From the IMG/VR virus record IMGVR_UViG_3300046804_004438, positions 1 to 64,000 of that record: a stretch of DNA of 64,000 nt; one strand, 5' to 3'. Positions 1-13,000 of the stretch are shown here, in pieces (positions within the stretch are counted from its first letter, which is position 1; each line of letters opens with the position of its first letter). The position numbers and the translations under genes are program-made. Below the pieces are notes generated by a model. That model did not search any database. It saw only the letters and a program-made list of their open reading frames with translations, and was not told where the DNA came from. The DNA is from a virus.

Positions 1-3000
1 TCCACCGTTATCACTACCTAGTATCATATTATTATTATTAATAGTAGTGGGATATATCCAACACTCAACAGTAAAATCTCCTAATAGCGGAATGTTAGGA
101 CTTGCTGGGATTTGTAAATAATCAGTACTACCATTAAAATACATACTAGTCCCACCAAACTTACTCTGCGTAGAACTGATTGCAGCTGAACCATATGTTG
201 TTATATTATTCTTAGCAGTTTGATCAATGATACCCGCATTAGTTGCATTAAGAAGAAATGTTGTTGTGCTATTAGCAGTTAAAGGTGCTGTAGGAACTGT
301 AATTGTAGTTTGTGCAGGATCATATGCTGCTATACCATTGATAACTCTCAAATTGGAAATATAACCGTTCCAATAGCTAGTTGTATCTGTAGATCTCCCA
401 ATATTCTGAGTAGTGCTACTAGTTAAGAAACTTGCGCTAGATGTTGCAGTTGCAACTCTTGTTCCGTTAATAAACAAAGCTACTGAAGTACCTGATCTTA
501 CGTAAGCCATATGATACCATTGGTTAGATGTAAGACTGCTGTAAGAATAATCTAATATAACATCGACACCATAACGTCCAAGTCGTAAAACACTACTAGC
601 AGTGTTAACCCATATCTGCATACCGTTAGTTGCACCATTATCAACTATAAATTGATTACCCGTACTCCAGGCATTATTTTTGTACAACCAGAATTCGACA
701 GTAAAACTATTAGAACCTACACCGAAAACATTGGATGAAGAAGAAAGATAATCAGAACTGCCGTTGAAACTAATGCTTCCTCCGATTGATGTATTAGAAT
801 ATGTAGAAGATGGTGAGAATGGTGAGAATGGTTGTACTGCTGCTGCAGAACCTGTAATGGTTAATGTATACGCGTTAGTAGAATTATCTTTAAAGTAATT
901 ACTCTGACATGTTAAAAGCTGTGTACCTGAAACTGCTGTTAAAGGTGATAAAGATGGTGTAAATGCAGCGGTATATAGAGCAGTACCTGTAACAACTCTC
1001 AAGTTAGAAATATAACCAGCAAACGGATTAATAAGTGAACCTGACTCCACACCTATTCTAGTTGTAGCTGAAGTAAAATTAGTACTATTAGTAACAGTAG
1101 TTATAAGACTTCCATCTACATATAACCTTAAATTTGTTCCTGATCTAGAAACTGCAATATGGGCCCATCTACCTAATAGATTAGGAACAACAGCAGAACT
1201 TATAATATTTGCAACACCGTTGTTAATAACACTGATAGTAGTAGAAGTTGTTATTTCTAGTCTAAATGTATTACAGAATATAGTTGATGCTTGATTAACA
1301 GTGAGAAACGTCCAGGCTTCAACAGTAAAGTCACCTGACCCAACTGCAAAATTAGGTGTTGTTAAGTAACTAGTATTAACGCCAGGAAAATAATTGGACC
1401 AGCCGGTCTGACTAAACGGGCTTAATGTGCCTTGTTGTGGTTTTGCATTAGCAGCTATAGCTACACCACCAGAAGAAATCAAAGGATTTCCTGTTGTTGA
1501 AATTGTTAAATTATTAGTACTATTATCGACAAATCTTGCTGATTGACTAGTTAAAAGTTGAGTATTTGAGATAGCAGTTAGAGGAGCAGTAGGTGGTGTA
1601 AAAGAAGAAGTGTAGAGTGCAGTACCTTTTAATATTCTAACGTTAGAAATATACCCGTTAAAATAAATGTAACCTAGATTGTACGGAAACGCACCAATTG
1701 TAATAGGTGTGGATGATGTACTAATTGCGCCAATATTAGCTAGACCACCTGCATTTGCTAATGTACCGTTAACAAATGCATATCCTACACCTCCGCTAAC
1801 AACCATAGCAACATGATACCACTGGTTAGTGTTTGTAGTAGTTGTATAGTCGTAATTTTTTTCACCCGCACTTGATCCAGTAGTATTAAATGTAAATCTT
1901 AACTGATTAGCATTTAGTCTTCTTACACCAAATCCTGGCTGCCATGTAGCACCACTTTGATATAACCCTTTGAAAACTAATCCACCATCATTGTTAGAAA
2001 GTGCGTAGAACCAAAATTCAACAGTATAATCGCCTGATCCCATTTCAAATAATGAACTGTTAGCAGCAGGAGTGGTTATATAATCTGTGGATCCATTGAA
2101 ATAATTACTAAACGTAGTTCCTGTTGCAGCAGGAATATATGTGTTTGCAGAACTATCTAAAAATACTGTGTTATTAGCACCGTTAGTACCATCACCATGT
2201 AGTAGTAATGTATTATACGGAAAGTATGTATCAATAGGTGTGTTTAATGCAGTAAGTGTGCCAGATGTTGTAAATGTATGTACAATATTTGATCCAGCCA
2301 GGTTATTAACATTGGTTACTGTACCACCAGTGAATTGCTGAGGAGCAGGGTAGTTGAATACTACTATACCTGAGCCGCCAGATCCGTTAGAGTTTGAACC
2401 TGAACCTCCACCTCCTCCACCTCCTCCTCCACTACCAGTATTGGTAGTTCCAGGAGCACCCGATCCATTTGAAGCATTATTACCACTACCTCCACCACCA
2501 GTACCACCGGTTCCAGCAAGTGCAGAATACGGACTATAACCACCACCTCCACCTCCGCCAGCATATGCAGTATTTGAACCAGTAATACTATAATATAATC
2601 CAGTGCCACCGTTACCTGCTTGTGCATGAGTAGCATTAGTACCTGCAGCACCAGCTCCTCCTCCACCACCACCCCCAGTAGCATTACCACCAGCGCCAGC
2701 TGTTCCAGTAGCCGTCCCCCCATCATTACCTTGTCCTGCTGTTCCAGCTCCATTGTTGGTAGCTGAGCCGTTACCGTATGCACCTCCACCAGAACCTCCT
2801 GATGTGGCTGCATAACTTGGTGTTACAGCACCAGCACCATAACCACCACCCTGCATAGTTATAGTACTCAGACCAGTACCTGAAATAACTGTATTTGTTC
2901 CCTTAGTTGGAAGAGCAGAATAAGTTGCAGGCCCTGCACCACCTGCACCTACTGTAATCGTATAACTAGATGAATTACTACCTGCAAGTAAATTGCTATT

Positions 3001-3192
3001 ATTACTAAAATATAAACCACCTGCACCACCACCACCACCAAAATCCATACCACCTGCACCACCACCAGCAACTGCTAGAACTTGTACGTTTACTTGTGTA
3101 CCACCAGCAACAAATACATATGGAACCGCACTTGTAGAATTATATCTTTGTGCTGTATATTTTCTACCTGATGCAAGTGACTTGGTTGACAT
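1..3192 (-). CDS. Virion/tail protein with N-terminal glycine-rich domain and tandem LamG/concanavalin-A-like domains; 3' end runs off the window
   Basis: Absent from the ORF track (no stop in window). ATG at 3192 reads MSTKSLASGRKY...VLAVAGGGAGG; repeated LamG signatures (D/S)(F/Y)TVE(C/F/A)W, W(Y/A/Y)H(V/I/M)A, GYISN(L/V)R in at least four units. Confidence 0.85.
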   Translation of the reverse strand, partial: MSTKSLASGRKYTAQRYNSTSAVPYVFVAGGTQVNVQVLAVAGGGAGGMDFGGGGGAGGLYFSNNSNLLAGSNSSSYTITVGAGGAGPATYSALPTKGTNTVISGTGLSTITMQGGGYGAGAVTPSYAATSGGSGGGAYGNGSATNNGAGTAGQGNDGGTATGTAGAGGNATGGGGGGGAGAAGTNATHAQAGNGGTGLYYSITGSNTAYAGGGGGGGYSPYSALAGTGGTGGGGSGNNASNGSGAPGTTNTGSGGGGGGGGGSGSNSNGSGGSGIVVFNYPAPQQFTGGTVTNVNNLAGSNIVHTFTTSGTLTALNTPIDTYFPYNTLLLHGDGTNGANNTVFLDSSANTYIPAATGTTFSNYFNGSTDYITTPAANSSLFEMGSGDYTVEFWFYALSNNDGGLVFKGLYQSGATWQPGFGVRRLNANQLRFTFNTTGSSAGEKNYDYTTTTNTNQWYHVAMVVSGGVGYAFVNGTLANAGGLANIGAISTSSTPITIGAFPYNLGYIYFNGYISNVRILKGTALYTSSFTPPTAPLTAISNTQLLTSQSARFVDNSTNNLTISTTGNPLISSGGVAIAANAKPQQGTLSPFSQTGWSNYFPGVNTSYLTTPNFAVGSGDFTVEAWTFLTVNQASTIFCNTFRLEITTSTTISVINNGVANIISSAVVPNLLGRWAHIAVSRSGTNLRLYVDGSLITTVTNSTNFTSATTRIGVESGSLINPFAGYISNLRVVTGTALYTAAFTPSLSPLTAVSGTQLLTCQSNYFKDNSTNAYTLTITGSAAAVQPFSPFSPSSTYSNTSIGGSISFNGSSDYLSSSSNVFGVGSNSFTVEFWLYKNNAWSTGNQFIVDNGATNGMQIWVNTASSVLRLGRYGVDVILDYSYSSLTSNQWYHMAYVRSGTSVALFINGTRVATATSSASFLTSSTTQNIGRSTDTTSYWNGYISNLRVINGIAAYDPAQTTITVPTAPLTANSTTTFLLNATNAGIIDQTAKNNITTYGSAAISSTQSKFGGTSMYFNGSTDYLQIPASPNIPLLGDFTVECWIYPTTINNNNMILGSDNGG

Positions 3193-3194
3193 AA

Positions 3195-3527
3195 TTAAAC
3201 AATCTCTGATCCAAATAGACTAAATGCAAGATTAGCAGTGTTGTTTGCAAACACTGCAATAGAATCATTAGAACTCAAAGTTATACCAATTGTTAGTGAT
3301 ATACTATCATTTCCAGGAATTGCAGTATCATAGGCAAGATAGTGCTTGTTAGCTAAAGTATCACCGCTTCTGATTGCTGCTATTCTAAATGCTCTCGCTA
3401 CGTTATCTATATTACAAATATTGATAGTAGAAATAACAGTATTAGTTGCAACAGGTACTGTATACACCGTGTTTGATGTATTAGCAGTTGGTGATACCTG
3501 ACCTAGAATTTTATATAAATTTGCCAT
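3195..3527 (-). CDS. Small virion/tail-fibre-associated protein
   Basis: 110-aa ORF (YKILGQ..P.A.T...YTVP...FSLFGSEI), a type commonly found upstream of Gly-rich/LamG genes in phage tail modules. Confidence 0.7.
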   Translation of the reverse strand: MANLYKILGQVSPTANTSNTVYTVPVATNTVISTINICNIDNVARAFRIAAIRSGDTLANKHYLAYDTAIPGNDSISLTIGITLSSNDSIAVFANNTANLAFSLFGSEIV

Positions 3528-3535
3528 TTATTAAC

Positions 3536-6500
3536 TTATGCTCCCATAAGAAGAAAACTACTTAATGTTTCTAAACCAGCACCAGCCGATCCTGTATATC
3601 CTGTTCCTATAGATCCAGTATATCCGATAAGACCAGTACCGTTTTCAAGATTACGAATTTCTACTAATGTGCCTACTGGTGGTGTGAATGTGAATGCTAA
3701 TGTTGTTCCAGATATTGTATAGTGAACAACGGGTGCCTGAACAAGACCATTAACAGAAACTATTATGTTGTTCTGACTATTGACTGTATTTGTTAATGTA
3801 AATGATGTCTGTGTACCGTTTGCAGTAAACTGTTGTGATAGAGCATTCGTAGGTGTGGTAACAGAAGGCTGAATAGCAGTAACAGTAACCCACTGACTAC
3901 TATCACCATCATCATAGTAAATATATGTTTCACCAACAGCACTGTTATACCATAGATTACCAGCTGATGGAGATCCAGGTGCAGAATCTGATATCGTTAC
4001 AGATGCACCACCTCCACCACCAGAACCAGCAGAGCCTGTGTAACCTATTGCACCCTGTGAACCAGCATATCCAGCACCAGAAGAACCAGTATATCCTGCT
4101 CCAGCCGAACCAACATAACCTACCGATCCATCATAACCTGCTGAACCAGAATATCCAAGTGAACCAATTGAACCAGTGTAACCTGTAGATCCAAACGAAC
4201 CAGTATAGCCTACTGATCCATCATAACCAGTAGATCCAAATGAGCCAGTATATCCTGTATTACCAAATGATCCTGTGTATCCAGTAGATCCAAACGAGCC
4301 AGTATATCCTGTACCACCTTGCGATCCTGTAAATCCCAGATCACCTTGTACACCTTGAGAACCCGTATAGCCAGTACCACCTTGTGATCCTGTGAAACCT
4401 GTTGTACCTTGATCGCCCTTTGAACCCACATAACCAGTAGTACCCTGAACACCCTCAGAACCAGTATAGCCTACATTACCTTGTATACCTTGTGATCCAG
4501 TATAACCACTAGTTCCTTGAGAACCTTGTGAACCTGCATAACCTACAGATCCTGTAAATCCAGTATCACCTTGAGATCCCACGAAACCAGTAGAACCAGT
4601 ATATCCTGTATCACCTTTATTACCAGTTCTTGCAAACGTAATGACTGTATTAGTACCATTGGAAAATGATGTTACACCACTTAGGTATGATACAGGGACA
4701 TCAAAATGATCTACATCTTCTGTGTGTGCTCCCACGATAGCAAACATAGCATAGTTAAGATTGTTTGCTACATCACGTATCGAGAAGTGACCTTTAATAG
4801 AGGATGTCGAATCATCTATCGTCTGTAAGAATGAATAACTGTTTGCTCCTAGATTGTCAATATAATCAATGAAAAGCGTAGTAACAGAATTGAACGCAGT
4901 ATTATCAAAGTTTAGAAATCCATTAGCAGTAGATGTATGTGTTGTGTTTGTACTATAAATGTAATCAAAAGCAGCACCACCAAACTCACCAGTGGGACCT
5001 TGTGAACCAACAAATCCCGTATCACCTTTTGAACCAGTATAACCTGATGTTCCTTGACTACCAGTAGAACCTGTATAACCGGTACTACCCTGGGAGCCAT
5101 CAAAACCAGTTGTACCCTGAGAACCCGTTGAACCTGTATAGCCTTGATTACCTTGAGACCCGGTTGAACCAGTATAACCTAGATCACCCTGTAAACCCTG
5201 TGAACCTGTATAACCAGTACCACCCTGTGATCCAGTGAATCCAACTCCACCAGTTGTTCCTTGAGAACCAGTAAATCCAGTTCCCCCTTGTGATCCATCA
5301 TATCCAGTTCCCCCCTGTGATCCAACAAACCCTGTTGTTCCTTGAGCACCTTGGGATCCTGTATATCCAGCACCAGTAGAACCTGTATAACCTACACCTT
5401 GTGAACCTACAAAACCAATAGAACCAACGAAACCAGTATCACCTCTTGATCCTGTGTAACCAGTATCACCAATATCACCAGTTCTTGCAAAAGTTATAAT
5501 AATATCAAGACCATTACTAAACGTGTTAGATCCAGATAAGAAAGTGGTAGGAACACTAAAGTAATTAGTAAAATGAGTATGATTACCAGTAATAGCAAAC
5601 AATACAAAATGATTCGTGTTTGCTTTTTCCGTTACAGTAAAGTGACCTTTGATTGACGATGTCGAATCATCAATAGTCTGTAAGAAGTTATATACTGATT
5701 GGAAGTTATCTGCATTCTCGTTTATATAAAGTGTGTTAGCCTGAGATGCATTTGTATTACTGAACTTGAGGCCACCATTTCCAGGATCAGAGTTGTCTGT
5801 GTTTGCATTAAACGTATAATCAAATGCAGCACCACCAAATGTTCCTTGTGGACCTTGCGAGCCTACAAATCCAGTATCACCTTTAGAACCAGTATAACCA
5901 GAATTACCTACGTCACCTTTAGATCCAGTATAACCTAAAGAACCTAATGAACCTGTAAATCCAACATCACCTTGTGAGCCTGTGTAGCCTGTACCACCTT
6001 GTGATCCTACAAATCCTGATGAACCTTGTGATCCGGACGATCCAGTATAACCTACAGATCCAGTGAATCCTATAGATCCTGTATAACCTAACGATCCTAT
6101 AGATCCAGTAAATCCTATGTTACCTTGTGAACCAGTATAACCAGTATCACCCTTGGAACCTGTATATCCTGTACCACCCTGTGAACCAACAAACCCTGTT
6201 GTTCCCTGCGCACCTTGAGATCCAGTAAATCCTACATCACCCTGAGATCCTGAATAACCTATCGATCCAGTAAATCCAAGCGAACCTGCATAGCCAGTGT
6301 CACCCCTTGAACCTGTATAACCAGTATCACCAATATCACCTGTTCTTGCAAAAGTAATAACAACATTGGTACCATTGGTGAATGAAGTGACACCACTTAA
6401 ATATGAGATTGGAACATTAAAATGATCCGTCTCTTCTGTGTGTGATCCAATGATAGAGAACATTGCATAATTCAATGAATTAGCATTATCTCTGATTGAG

Positions 6501-7510
6501 AAGTGACCCTTTATGGAAGAAGTGGAATCATCAATAGTTTGTAAGAATGAATAACTATTAGCACCCAATCCATCAATATAATCAATGTAGAGTGCATTAG
6601 CAGAAGAAAGATTGGTATTGCTAAAGTTTAAGTAACCATCTGGCGTAGTTGTATGAGTAGTGTTTGTAGAAAAATTATAGTTAAAGGCTGCACCACCAAA
6701 AGTGCCTTGAGGACCCTGTGAACCAACAAAGCCAGTATCACCTTTAGAACCTACAAAACCAGTGACACCTTGAACACCCTGTGATCCAGTGTATCCAGTA
6801 GATCCAAACGAACCAGTGTAACCGATATCACCTTGTGATCCAGTGTATCCAGTACCACCTTGTGATCCTACAAATCCAGTAGCACCTTGATTACCTTGTG
6901 ATCCAGTAAAACCAACCGAACCAATTGAACCTGTATAACCTACGGAACCAGATGTGCTTATTGTAAGAGTCTTAGGAGCAGTATTGCTTGTAGAAAGAAC
7001 AATACCTGCACCATTAGCAATTTTTAAAGTGTCTTCACCAACAGCTATTATACTATCTTGGCCATCAACATTTATAGTCTTAAAACCAGAACCAAGACTT
7101 ACAAATACATTACCCTGACCTTCATCTATTACATTGAATCCAGTAGAATTGTCAAAATTAATTGTTTTGACACTAGATACACTTACTTGAGGAGTGTTAC
7201 CTTGTTGGTATACTTGGTTGACAGATAATGTAGCAGGAGGTGCTGTCCAATATACAGATGATCCATTTGATGCTAATAATTGACCGGATGAACCTAGAGA
7301 ATTGTTTGCATTTAATTTATTAATGTATATTGTATTAGAAACGTTTACGTTAGTATTATTAGCACCAATTTCATATACAGAGGAGCCATTGCTGGAATAT
7401 AAAATCCCATCAGCCAGATTGAGTGCTAATTCACCTGTTTGTAAAATTGATGTATTAGGAACGCGACCAGTTATTGAGGTGCGCTTCACCTGTATCAGAT
7501 TATTTGCCAT
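3536..7510 (-). CDS. Collagen-like tail fibre protein (GYTGS repeats interrupted by three ~120-aa globular repeats)
   Basis: 1324 aa; N-terminal IQVKR...[12 protein letters not shown] fibre anchor motif; long Gly-X-Y runs. Confidence 0.85.
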   Translation of the reverse strand: MANNLIQVKRTSITGRVPNTSILQTGELALNLADGILYSSNGSSVYEIGANNTNVNVSNTIYINKLNANNSLGSSGQLLASNGSSVYWTAPPATLSVNQVYQQGNTPQVSVSSVKTINFDNSTGFNVIDEGQGNVFVSLGSGFKTINVDGQDSIIAVGEDTLKIANGAGIVLSTSNTAPKTLTISTSGSVGYTGSIGSVGFTGSQGNQGATGFVGSQGGTGYTGSQGDIGYTGSFGSTGYTGSQGVQGVTGFVGSKGDTGFVGSQGPQGTFGGAAFNYNFSTNTTHTTTPDGYLNFSNTNLSSANALYIDYIDGLGANSYSFLQTIDDSTSSIKGHFSIRDNANSLNYAMFSIIGSHTEETDHFNVPISYLSGVTSFTNGTNVVITFARTGDIGDTGYTGSRGDTGYAGSLGFTGSIGYSGSQGDVGFTGSQGAQGTTGFVGSQGGTGYTGSKGDTGYTGSQGNIGFTGSIGSLGYTGSIGFTGSVGYTGSSGSQGSSGFVGSQGGTGYTGSQGDVGFTGSLGSLGYTGSKGDVGNSGYTGSKGDTGFVGSQGPQGTFGGAAFDYTFNANTDNSDPGNGGLKFSNTNASQANTLYINENADNFQSVYNFLQTIDDSTSSIKGHFTVTEKANTNHFVLFAITGNHTHFTNYFSVPTTFLSGSNTFSNGLDIIITFARTGDIGDTGYTGSRGDTGFVGSIGFVGSQGVGYTGSTGAGYTGSQGAQGTTGFVGSQGGTGYDGSQGGTGFTGSQGTTGGVGFTGSQGGTGYTGSQGLQGDLGYTGSTGSQGNQGYTGSTGSQGTTGFDGSQGSTGYTGSTGSQGTSGYTGSKGDTGFVGSQGPTGEFGGAAFDYIYSTNTTHTSTANGFLNFDNTAFNSVTTLFIDYIDNLGANSYSFLQTIDDSTSSIKGHFSIRDVANNLNYAMFAIVGAHTEDVDHFDVPVSYLSGVTSFSNGTNTVITFARTGNKGDTGYTGSTGFVGSQGDTGFTGSVGYAGSQGSQGTSGYTGSQGIQGNVGYTGSEGVQGTTGYVGSKGDQGTTGFTGSQGGTGYTGSQGVQGDLGFTGSQGGTGYTGSFGSTGYTGSFGNTGYTGSFGSTGYDGSVGYTGSFGSTGYTGSIGSLGYSGSAGYDGSVGYVGSAGAGYTGSSGAGYAGSQGAIGYTGSAGSGGGGGASVTISDSAPGSPSAGNLWYNSAVGETYIYYDDGDSSQWVTVTAIQPSVTTPTNALSQQFTANGTQTSFTLTNTVNSQNNIIVSVNGLVQAPVVHYTISGTTLAFTFTPPVGTLVEIRNLENGTGLIGYTGSIGTGYTGSAGAGLETLSSFLLMGA

Positions 7511-7538
7511 ATGGCCCTCTTACAAACAGTATATACTG

Positions 7539-7739
7539 TCAGGAATCAGAATCATTTTTCTTTGTCTTGGAGTTAGCCTTATCTAAGGCTTTTTGTAACT
7601 CCTCAACTTTACTATTTAGCGATGCGTTTTGCTGCTCATAAAAAGATATCTGAGCTGATTGCAAGATGTTTGTCTTGGTCAGCTCAGATACAAAATTAAC
7701 TAATTTTTCCACGTATAAATTAAAAAATTCAGGTCCCAT
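7539..7739 (-). CDS. Small coiled-coil hypothetical protein
   Basis: 66-aa ORF filling the gap between fibre genes; heptad pattern. Confidence 0.65.
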   Translation of the reverse strand: MGPEFFNLYVEKLVNFVSELTKTNILQSAQISFYEQQNASLNSKVEELQKALDKANSKTKKNDSDS

Positions 7740-7761
7740 AATATAAAATCTTTCTTAGTTA

Positions 7762-9609
7762 TCAGAAAGTGCCACCATCAAGTGATGAGTAATAGAGATT
7801 GTATCCATCCGATTGTAGGAATGTACCTGCAGCGCCTGGATCTAGTTTTACTAATCCGCTTGCAACGTTACCCACAAGCAACTGTCCACCAGTGTATGTC
7901 TTAAAGCCAGTACCACCAGATGAAGCAGCAAGTGGAGTAGACAATGTTAAAGTGTTTGCTTGGATTGCAACCGCAAGACCACTAGTTGCAGTTATATTTA
8001 AATTGGTTCCGTTAGATACTAATGCACCAGAATTTAAATATGCCTGTAATGTTGCTTGATTGTAAGTATTATTGGCAGTATCAACAAATGTTGTTGGTGT
8101 TACTTGTAGACCATCAAATATTTTGTATATACCATCTGATGCATCACGGAAGAAACCAGTATGTTCGTGAGCACCACCGCCAACATTGTAGTTACCAAAG
8201 AAACCAATATCAAGAAGGTCTGTATTGGTATTGTTAGCTGCAAGTTGAATTAACGGGTCAGTAACAATATAAGATTCAACGTTAGAATATACTGCGTTAC
8301 CAGTAATATGAACGTCACCACCAACATACAAGTCGTGATAAATTGTAGCAGTATTAGAAATAAAATTACTGTTAACTGTTAAACCATATACTTGTATTGT
8401 ATTTGCTGCTGCAGTAACAGTAGTGTCACTAGAAGAACCTAACTGTAACTGAGTAAAGTAACCTGTGTTATAAACTGCACCTACTGTACCAATATTGAAT
8501 GAATTATCTGAAGTAGGTATTACTGTACCGTACAAGCTACCATTAAGAGTAACTCTATCTTGGATTGCATCACCAAGAACAACGTTACCATTTAATGTAG
8601 TCTGGCCAGCAACTGTTAGCGAGTCATATGTAGTACCTGCTGCAGGGTCAACAAACAAACCAGAAGTGTTTGAAATAAGACCTGAGCTAGTTCCTAGCTT
8701 GATAGCAATAGTAGGAGTCGACCCTTCGCCAGAAGAGGTGGACATCATAATACCATTGCCAGATGTTATGCTAGCTACATAATCACCAGTTGTTTTTGTA
8801 CCAAGAGCAATACCGTCGTCTTTAACTCTCAGTGCTCCACCAAATACTTCAATTGTAGAATTGTCTACATTTGCAGAAATTGTAGGTGTAGATGTTGCAC
8901 CACCTGCAGAAGTAATAAGAACGCCACCACCTGCAACTACGTTAGCAACATATGCACCTTCCGTGTCAACACCAAGTGTTACACCATTTGCATTAGTAAT
9001 TGTAACATTAAGAGTTGCATCGCCAAGATTGTTGAATGTAACGTTACCAGTTGCATCACCAGAAAGAGTCAGTTTTGGTGAACGATTGATTGTGCCTACA
9101 TTAAGATTGTCAATGTATGTATTGGCACCTGAAAAATATAAGTTTCCTGAGAGTGTTCTAGAATCGGTATTCTGAACATATGATGGATTAACAGCTGCTG
9201 TTGATGACCAATATACTTGACCAGAACTATTAATAGCAAGAACGGAACCATCTGAACCAGTTGTGCCATTAGCAGTGATGCTGGTAATAGCAGCATTTGT
9301 AACAGAAAGACTGGTAGCAGTGATACTAGTAATATTTGCACTAGTAGCAGAAATGCTATTTGTATTGATTGTAGTAAACGTACCGTTAGAAGCAATGACT
9401 TCATTGATTCCACTAGTACTGTTAGCAACAAGCGCTTGGTTAGCAGTCAAAATACCTGGATTTCTTTGACCACCAATTGGAAGTACTTGGCCGTAGTTAC
9501 CAATGAATACTACATTACCTGCAGCTGTAAACGCTAATTCACCATTTGCAAGCGATCCAGGAGTCGCTGTACTTTGGGAGCGTTTAATTTGAATAAGATT
9601 CGAAGCCAT
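7762..9609 (-). CDS. Tail fibre protein
   Basis: 615 aa; N-terminal IQIKRS...PGSLANGELA motif shared with 3536..7510; DPLIQLA..N...D.LDIGF motif; C-terminal LDGGTF. Confidence 0.8.
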   Translation of the reverse strand: MASNLIQIKRSQSTATPGSLANGELAFTAAGNVVFIGNYGQVLPIGGQRNPGILTANQALVANSTSGINEVIASNGTFTTINTNSISATSANITSITATSLSVTNAAITSITANGTTGSDGSVLAINSSGQVYWSSTAAVNPSYVQNTDSRTLSGNLYFSGANTYIDNLNVGTINRSPKLTLSGDATGNVTFNNLGDATLNVTITNANGVTLGVDTEGAYVANVVAGGGVLITSAGGATSTPTISANVDNSTIEVFGGALRVKDDGIALGTKTTGDYVASITSGNGIMMSTSSGEGSTPTIAIKLGTSSGLISNTSGLFVDPAAGTTYDSLTVAGQTTLNGNVVLGDAIQDRVTLNGSLYGTVIPTSDNSFNIGTVGAVYNTGYFTQLQLGSSSDTTVTAAANTIQVYGLTVNSNFISNTATIYHDLYVGGDVHITGNAVYSNVESYIVTDPLIQLAANNTNTDLLDIGFFGNYNVGGGAHEHTGFFRDASDGIYKIFDGLQVTPTTFVDTANNTYNQATLQAYLNSGALVSNGTNLNITATSGLAVAIQANTLTLSTPLAASSGGTGFKTYTGGQLLVGNVASGLVKLDPGAAGTFLQSDGYNLYYSSLDGGTF

Positions 9610-10014
9610 TTAAAAAGATCCTCCGTCCATGATTGTATTTGATATTGTTGTATCTGAAACGTTGATAGGTAATACTTTGTATTTATCTAAATCTGAAATG
9701 TAGGTAACGATATATCCATTAGCCTGTCCAGAAATATCTACATCAGCTAATAATTTAAATTGAGTTACACCCATTGAACCCGTGTAGCCAATTTCGCCTT
9801 GTGATCCTGAATATCCTCGTGGTCCACCTGGATCACCTTGAGATCCTTTGTAACCTACGGAACCTTGAAAACCCTCTGATCCTCTGTAACCAACCGAGCC
9901 TTGATAGCCAACTACGCCAACATTTTGCCAACGGGAACCATCCCATCTCCAGGTTTTACCACCGGTGACAGCTTCCTGACCGAGCGAAGGACTATTAGGA
10001 AAAATTAATGCCAT
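9610..10014 (-). CDS. Short collagen-like virion protein
   Basis: MALIFPNSP..G.....GKTWRWDG..W N-terminus, Gly-X-Y segment, C-terminal MDGGSF. Confidence 0.75.
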   Translation of the reverse strand: MALIFPNSPSLGQEAVTGGKTWRWDGSRWQNVGVVGYQGSVGYRGSEGFQGSVGYKGSQGDPGGPRGYSGSQGEIGYTGSMGVTQFKLLADVDISGQANGYIVTYISDLDKYKVLPINVSDTTISNTIMDGGSF

Positions 10015-10041
10015 TAAATTATTATATTCCCGTACTTAATT

Positions 10042-10048
10042 TATTTAT
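10042..10048 (-). promoter_or_regulatory. T4-type late promoter core (ATAAATA)
   Basis: ATAAATA on minus strand ~30 nt upstream of the ATG at 10014. Confidence 0.55.
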
Positions 10049-10084
10049 TGTATTGTTTTTATTTCAGTTTCACAGGATATACCA

Positions 10085-13000
10085 TTAGTTCAAATCGCCC
10101 GAAATAACAAATGTATTGGAACCACTATAACAAATTAAAGTAGCTATACCTTTTGGTGTTAAAATTCTATCGCCTGAATTACCTGTAGAAGACCAATACA
10201 AAGTAGTTCCCGTATTAGATATAATATTAACATTAGATGAGCTATTATTGAAAATAGTAGTATTGAATCCGGTTGTTACTATATCGCTATTAATAGTGAC
10301 ATTAGCTGAAGTTGATAAAAATTTACCATTATCACTATTAGCTATTACATATGAAGAAGATTGTGTTGATATATTTAAAATATTAGGTGATCCGGATGAT
10401 CCTGTATAGCCTACTGCTCCAGCAAAATCAGATACTGTAAATTGAACCCATTGAGATGAATCACCATCGTTTATGTATACGAATTCATTTCCAAAATCCG
10501 TGTTGAACCATCTATCACCACTAGAAGGATTGATTGGAGCTATATTACTTACAGTATATAATTTATCAACTCCATTGGATCCTGTATAACCAGTACCACC
10601 CTGTGAACCTGAAAAACCAATATTACCCTGACTTCCCTGAGATCCTACATAACCCGTACCACCTTGTGAACCTGTGAAACCAATAGTTCCTTGACTTCCT
10701 AATGATCCTGTGAAACCAGTAGATCCTACATCACCCATAGATCCAGTATAACCTAAAGACCCTGTGTCACCTTTTGAACCAGTATATCCTTCTGTTCCCT
10801 GTGATCCAACATAGCCTGCACCAGTAGAACCAGTGAAACCTATTGTACCTTGTGAACCAGTATCACCTTTAGAACCAGTATAACCAGTATCACCAATATT
10901 ACCAGTTCTTGCAAAAGTGATGATTGTGTTAGTGCCGTTTGCAAAAGAAGTAACACCACTTAAATAAGAAACTGGAACGTCAAAATGATCTACGTCCTCA
11001 CTATGAGTACCAATGATAGCAAACATGGCATAGTTAAGACTGTTAGCAACATCACGTATTGAAAAGTTACCTTTGATAGCTGATGTTGAGTCATCTATTG
11101 TTTGTAGGAATGAATAACTATTTGCACCTAGATTGTCAATATAATCTATAAAGAGAGTAGATACTGATGTGAATGATGTATTATTAAAATTAAAATAGCC
11201 ATCAGGAGTAGTACTATGGGTAGTATTTGTACTAAACATATAATTGAATGCAGCACCACCAAAATCACCAGTAGGGCCCTTAGATCCAACAAAACCTATA
11301 TCACCCTTAGAACCTGTGAAGCCAGATGTACCTTGATCACCAATTGAACCAGTGTAACCAGAAGCACCTTGACTTCCTATTGATCCTGTATAACCAGCAG
11401 AACCAGTATAACCTGTTGCTCCTATAGAACCATCAAATCCTATAGCACCTTGTGATCCAGTAGAACCAGTATATCCTGTTCCTCCTTGAGATCCAGTGAA
11501 ACCTATGTTACCTTGATTACCTTGTGAACCTATAAACCCAGTACCACCTTGTGAACCAGTGAATCCATCAACTCCCTGAGAACCGGTTGAACCAGCATAT
11601 CCCACATTACCTTGTATACCTCGTGATCCTGTAAATCCAATATTACCTTCGGAACCAGTATAACCTAAATTACCTTGGATACCTTGTGATCCAACAAATC
11701 CTGTATCACCTTGAGATCCTGAGAAACCTATGTTACCTTGATTGCCCTGTGAACCAGTAAATCCTAAATCACCTCGTGATCCATCATAACCAGTACCACC
11801 TTGTGATCCAGTAAATCCTATATCACCCTGAACACCCAATGAACCTGTATAGCCAGTAACACCTTGTGACCCAGTATAACCCATCTCACCTGGAGGACCT
11901 CCAGCAGTTATACCCAACCATACATCTTCTGGTTCATAATAAATGCTAAGAATACCAGTATTAGAATCAAGCCACAACTCACCTTGATATCCTACTGGTG
12001 CTGCTTCATCAACATAAACGTTAGCATTACCACCTTTAGAACCTGTATAACCTAAATCACCTTGTGATCCTACATAACCTGTATCACCCTTATCTCCAGT
12101 TCTTGCAAAAGTAGTAATAACTTCCAAATCATCAATAAAGTTATTAGCACCAGATAAAAATGAAATTGGAACTTCAAAATAATTAGTACCATGTGTATGG
12201 TAACCTACTATAGCAAACATAGTATAGTTTTCTGTGTTTGCTTTTTCAGTTATTGTAAAGTGACCTTTAATAGCTGATGTAGAATCATCTATTGTTTGTA
12301 GGTAAGAGTATAAAGAAGTAAATGCAGAATCGTTTTCATTAATATAAAAATAAGTAGCTTGAGTAAGATCAGTATTGCTGAATCTTAAATACCCATTACC
12401 TGGATCTGAATTTGTTGTATTGGTAGAAAAATAATAATCAAATGCAGCACCACCAAATGTACCTTGTATACCTTGCGATCCTGTATATCCTAAATCACCT
12501 TGTGATCCAACAAATCCTGTATCACCTTGAATACCTTGAGATCCTACAAACCCAGCACCAGTAGATCCTGTAAATCCTACATCACCTTGAATACCTTGTG
12601 ATCCATCATAACCGGTAACACCTTGAGATCCAACAAAACCAGCACCCGTAGATCCAGTGTAGCCAGTCAAACCAGCCATTAGTGATGTGAATGCCCAAAT
12701 ATCAACGCCGTTACCATCAGCAGAATTTTGAACAATTCTTATATAGACTCCACCAGGATATTTGGCATCTGATGGTACTGTGAATTCTCTTTCAACCCAT
12801 GTATCATTAGCAATACCTGTATAAGATACTGTATGCATAGTGGACCAAGTGGAACCACCATCTTTACTATACTCTATTAATAGATCTTCTTCAGGTGGTT
12901 GTGCACTACTTTGATACACATAGAATGAACATTTTGAAACACCATATAGATAAGTTCTATATTGATTTGTACATGTTCTTGTACCAGAACCTGAATTGAA

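Noticed and set aside
2141-3223. Several Pro-rich plus-strand ORFs and a 149-aa alternative-frame ORF
   Set aside because: Antisense or off-frame shadows of the Gly-rich domain of the 1..3192 gene.
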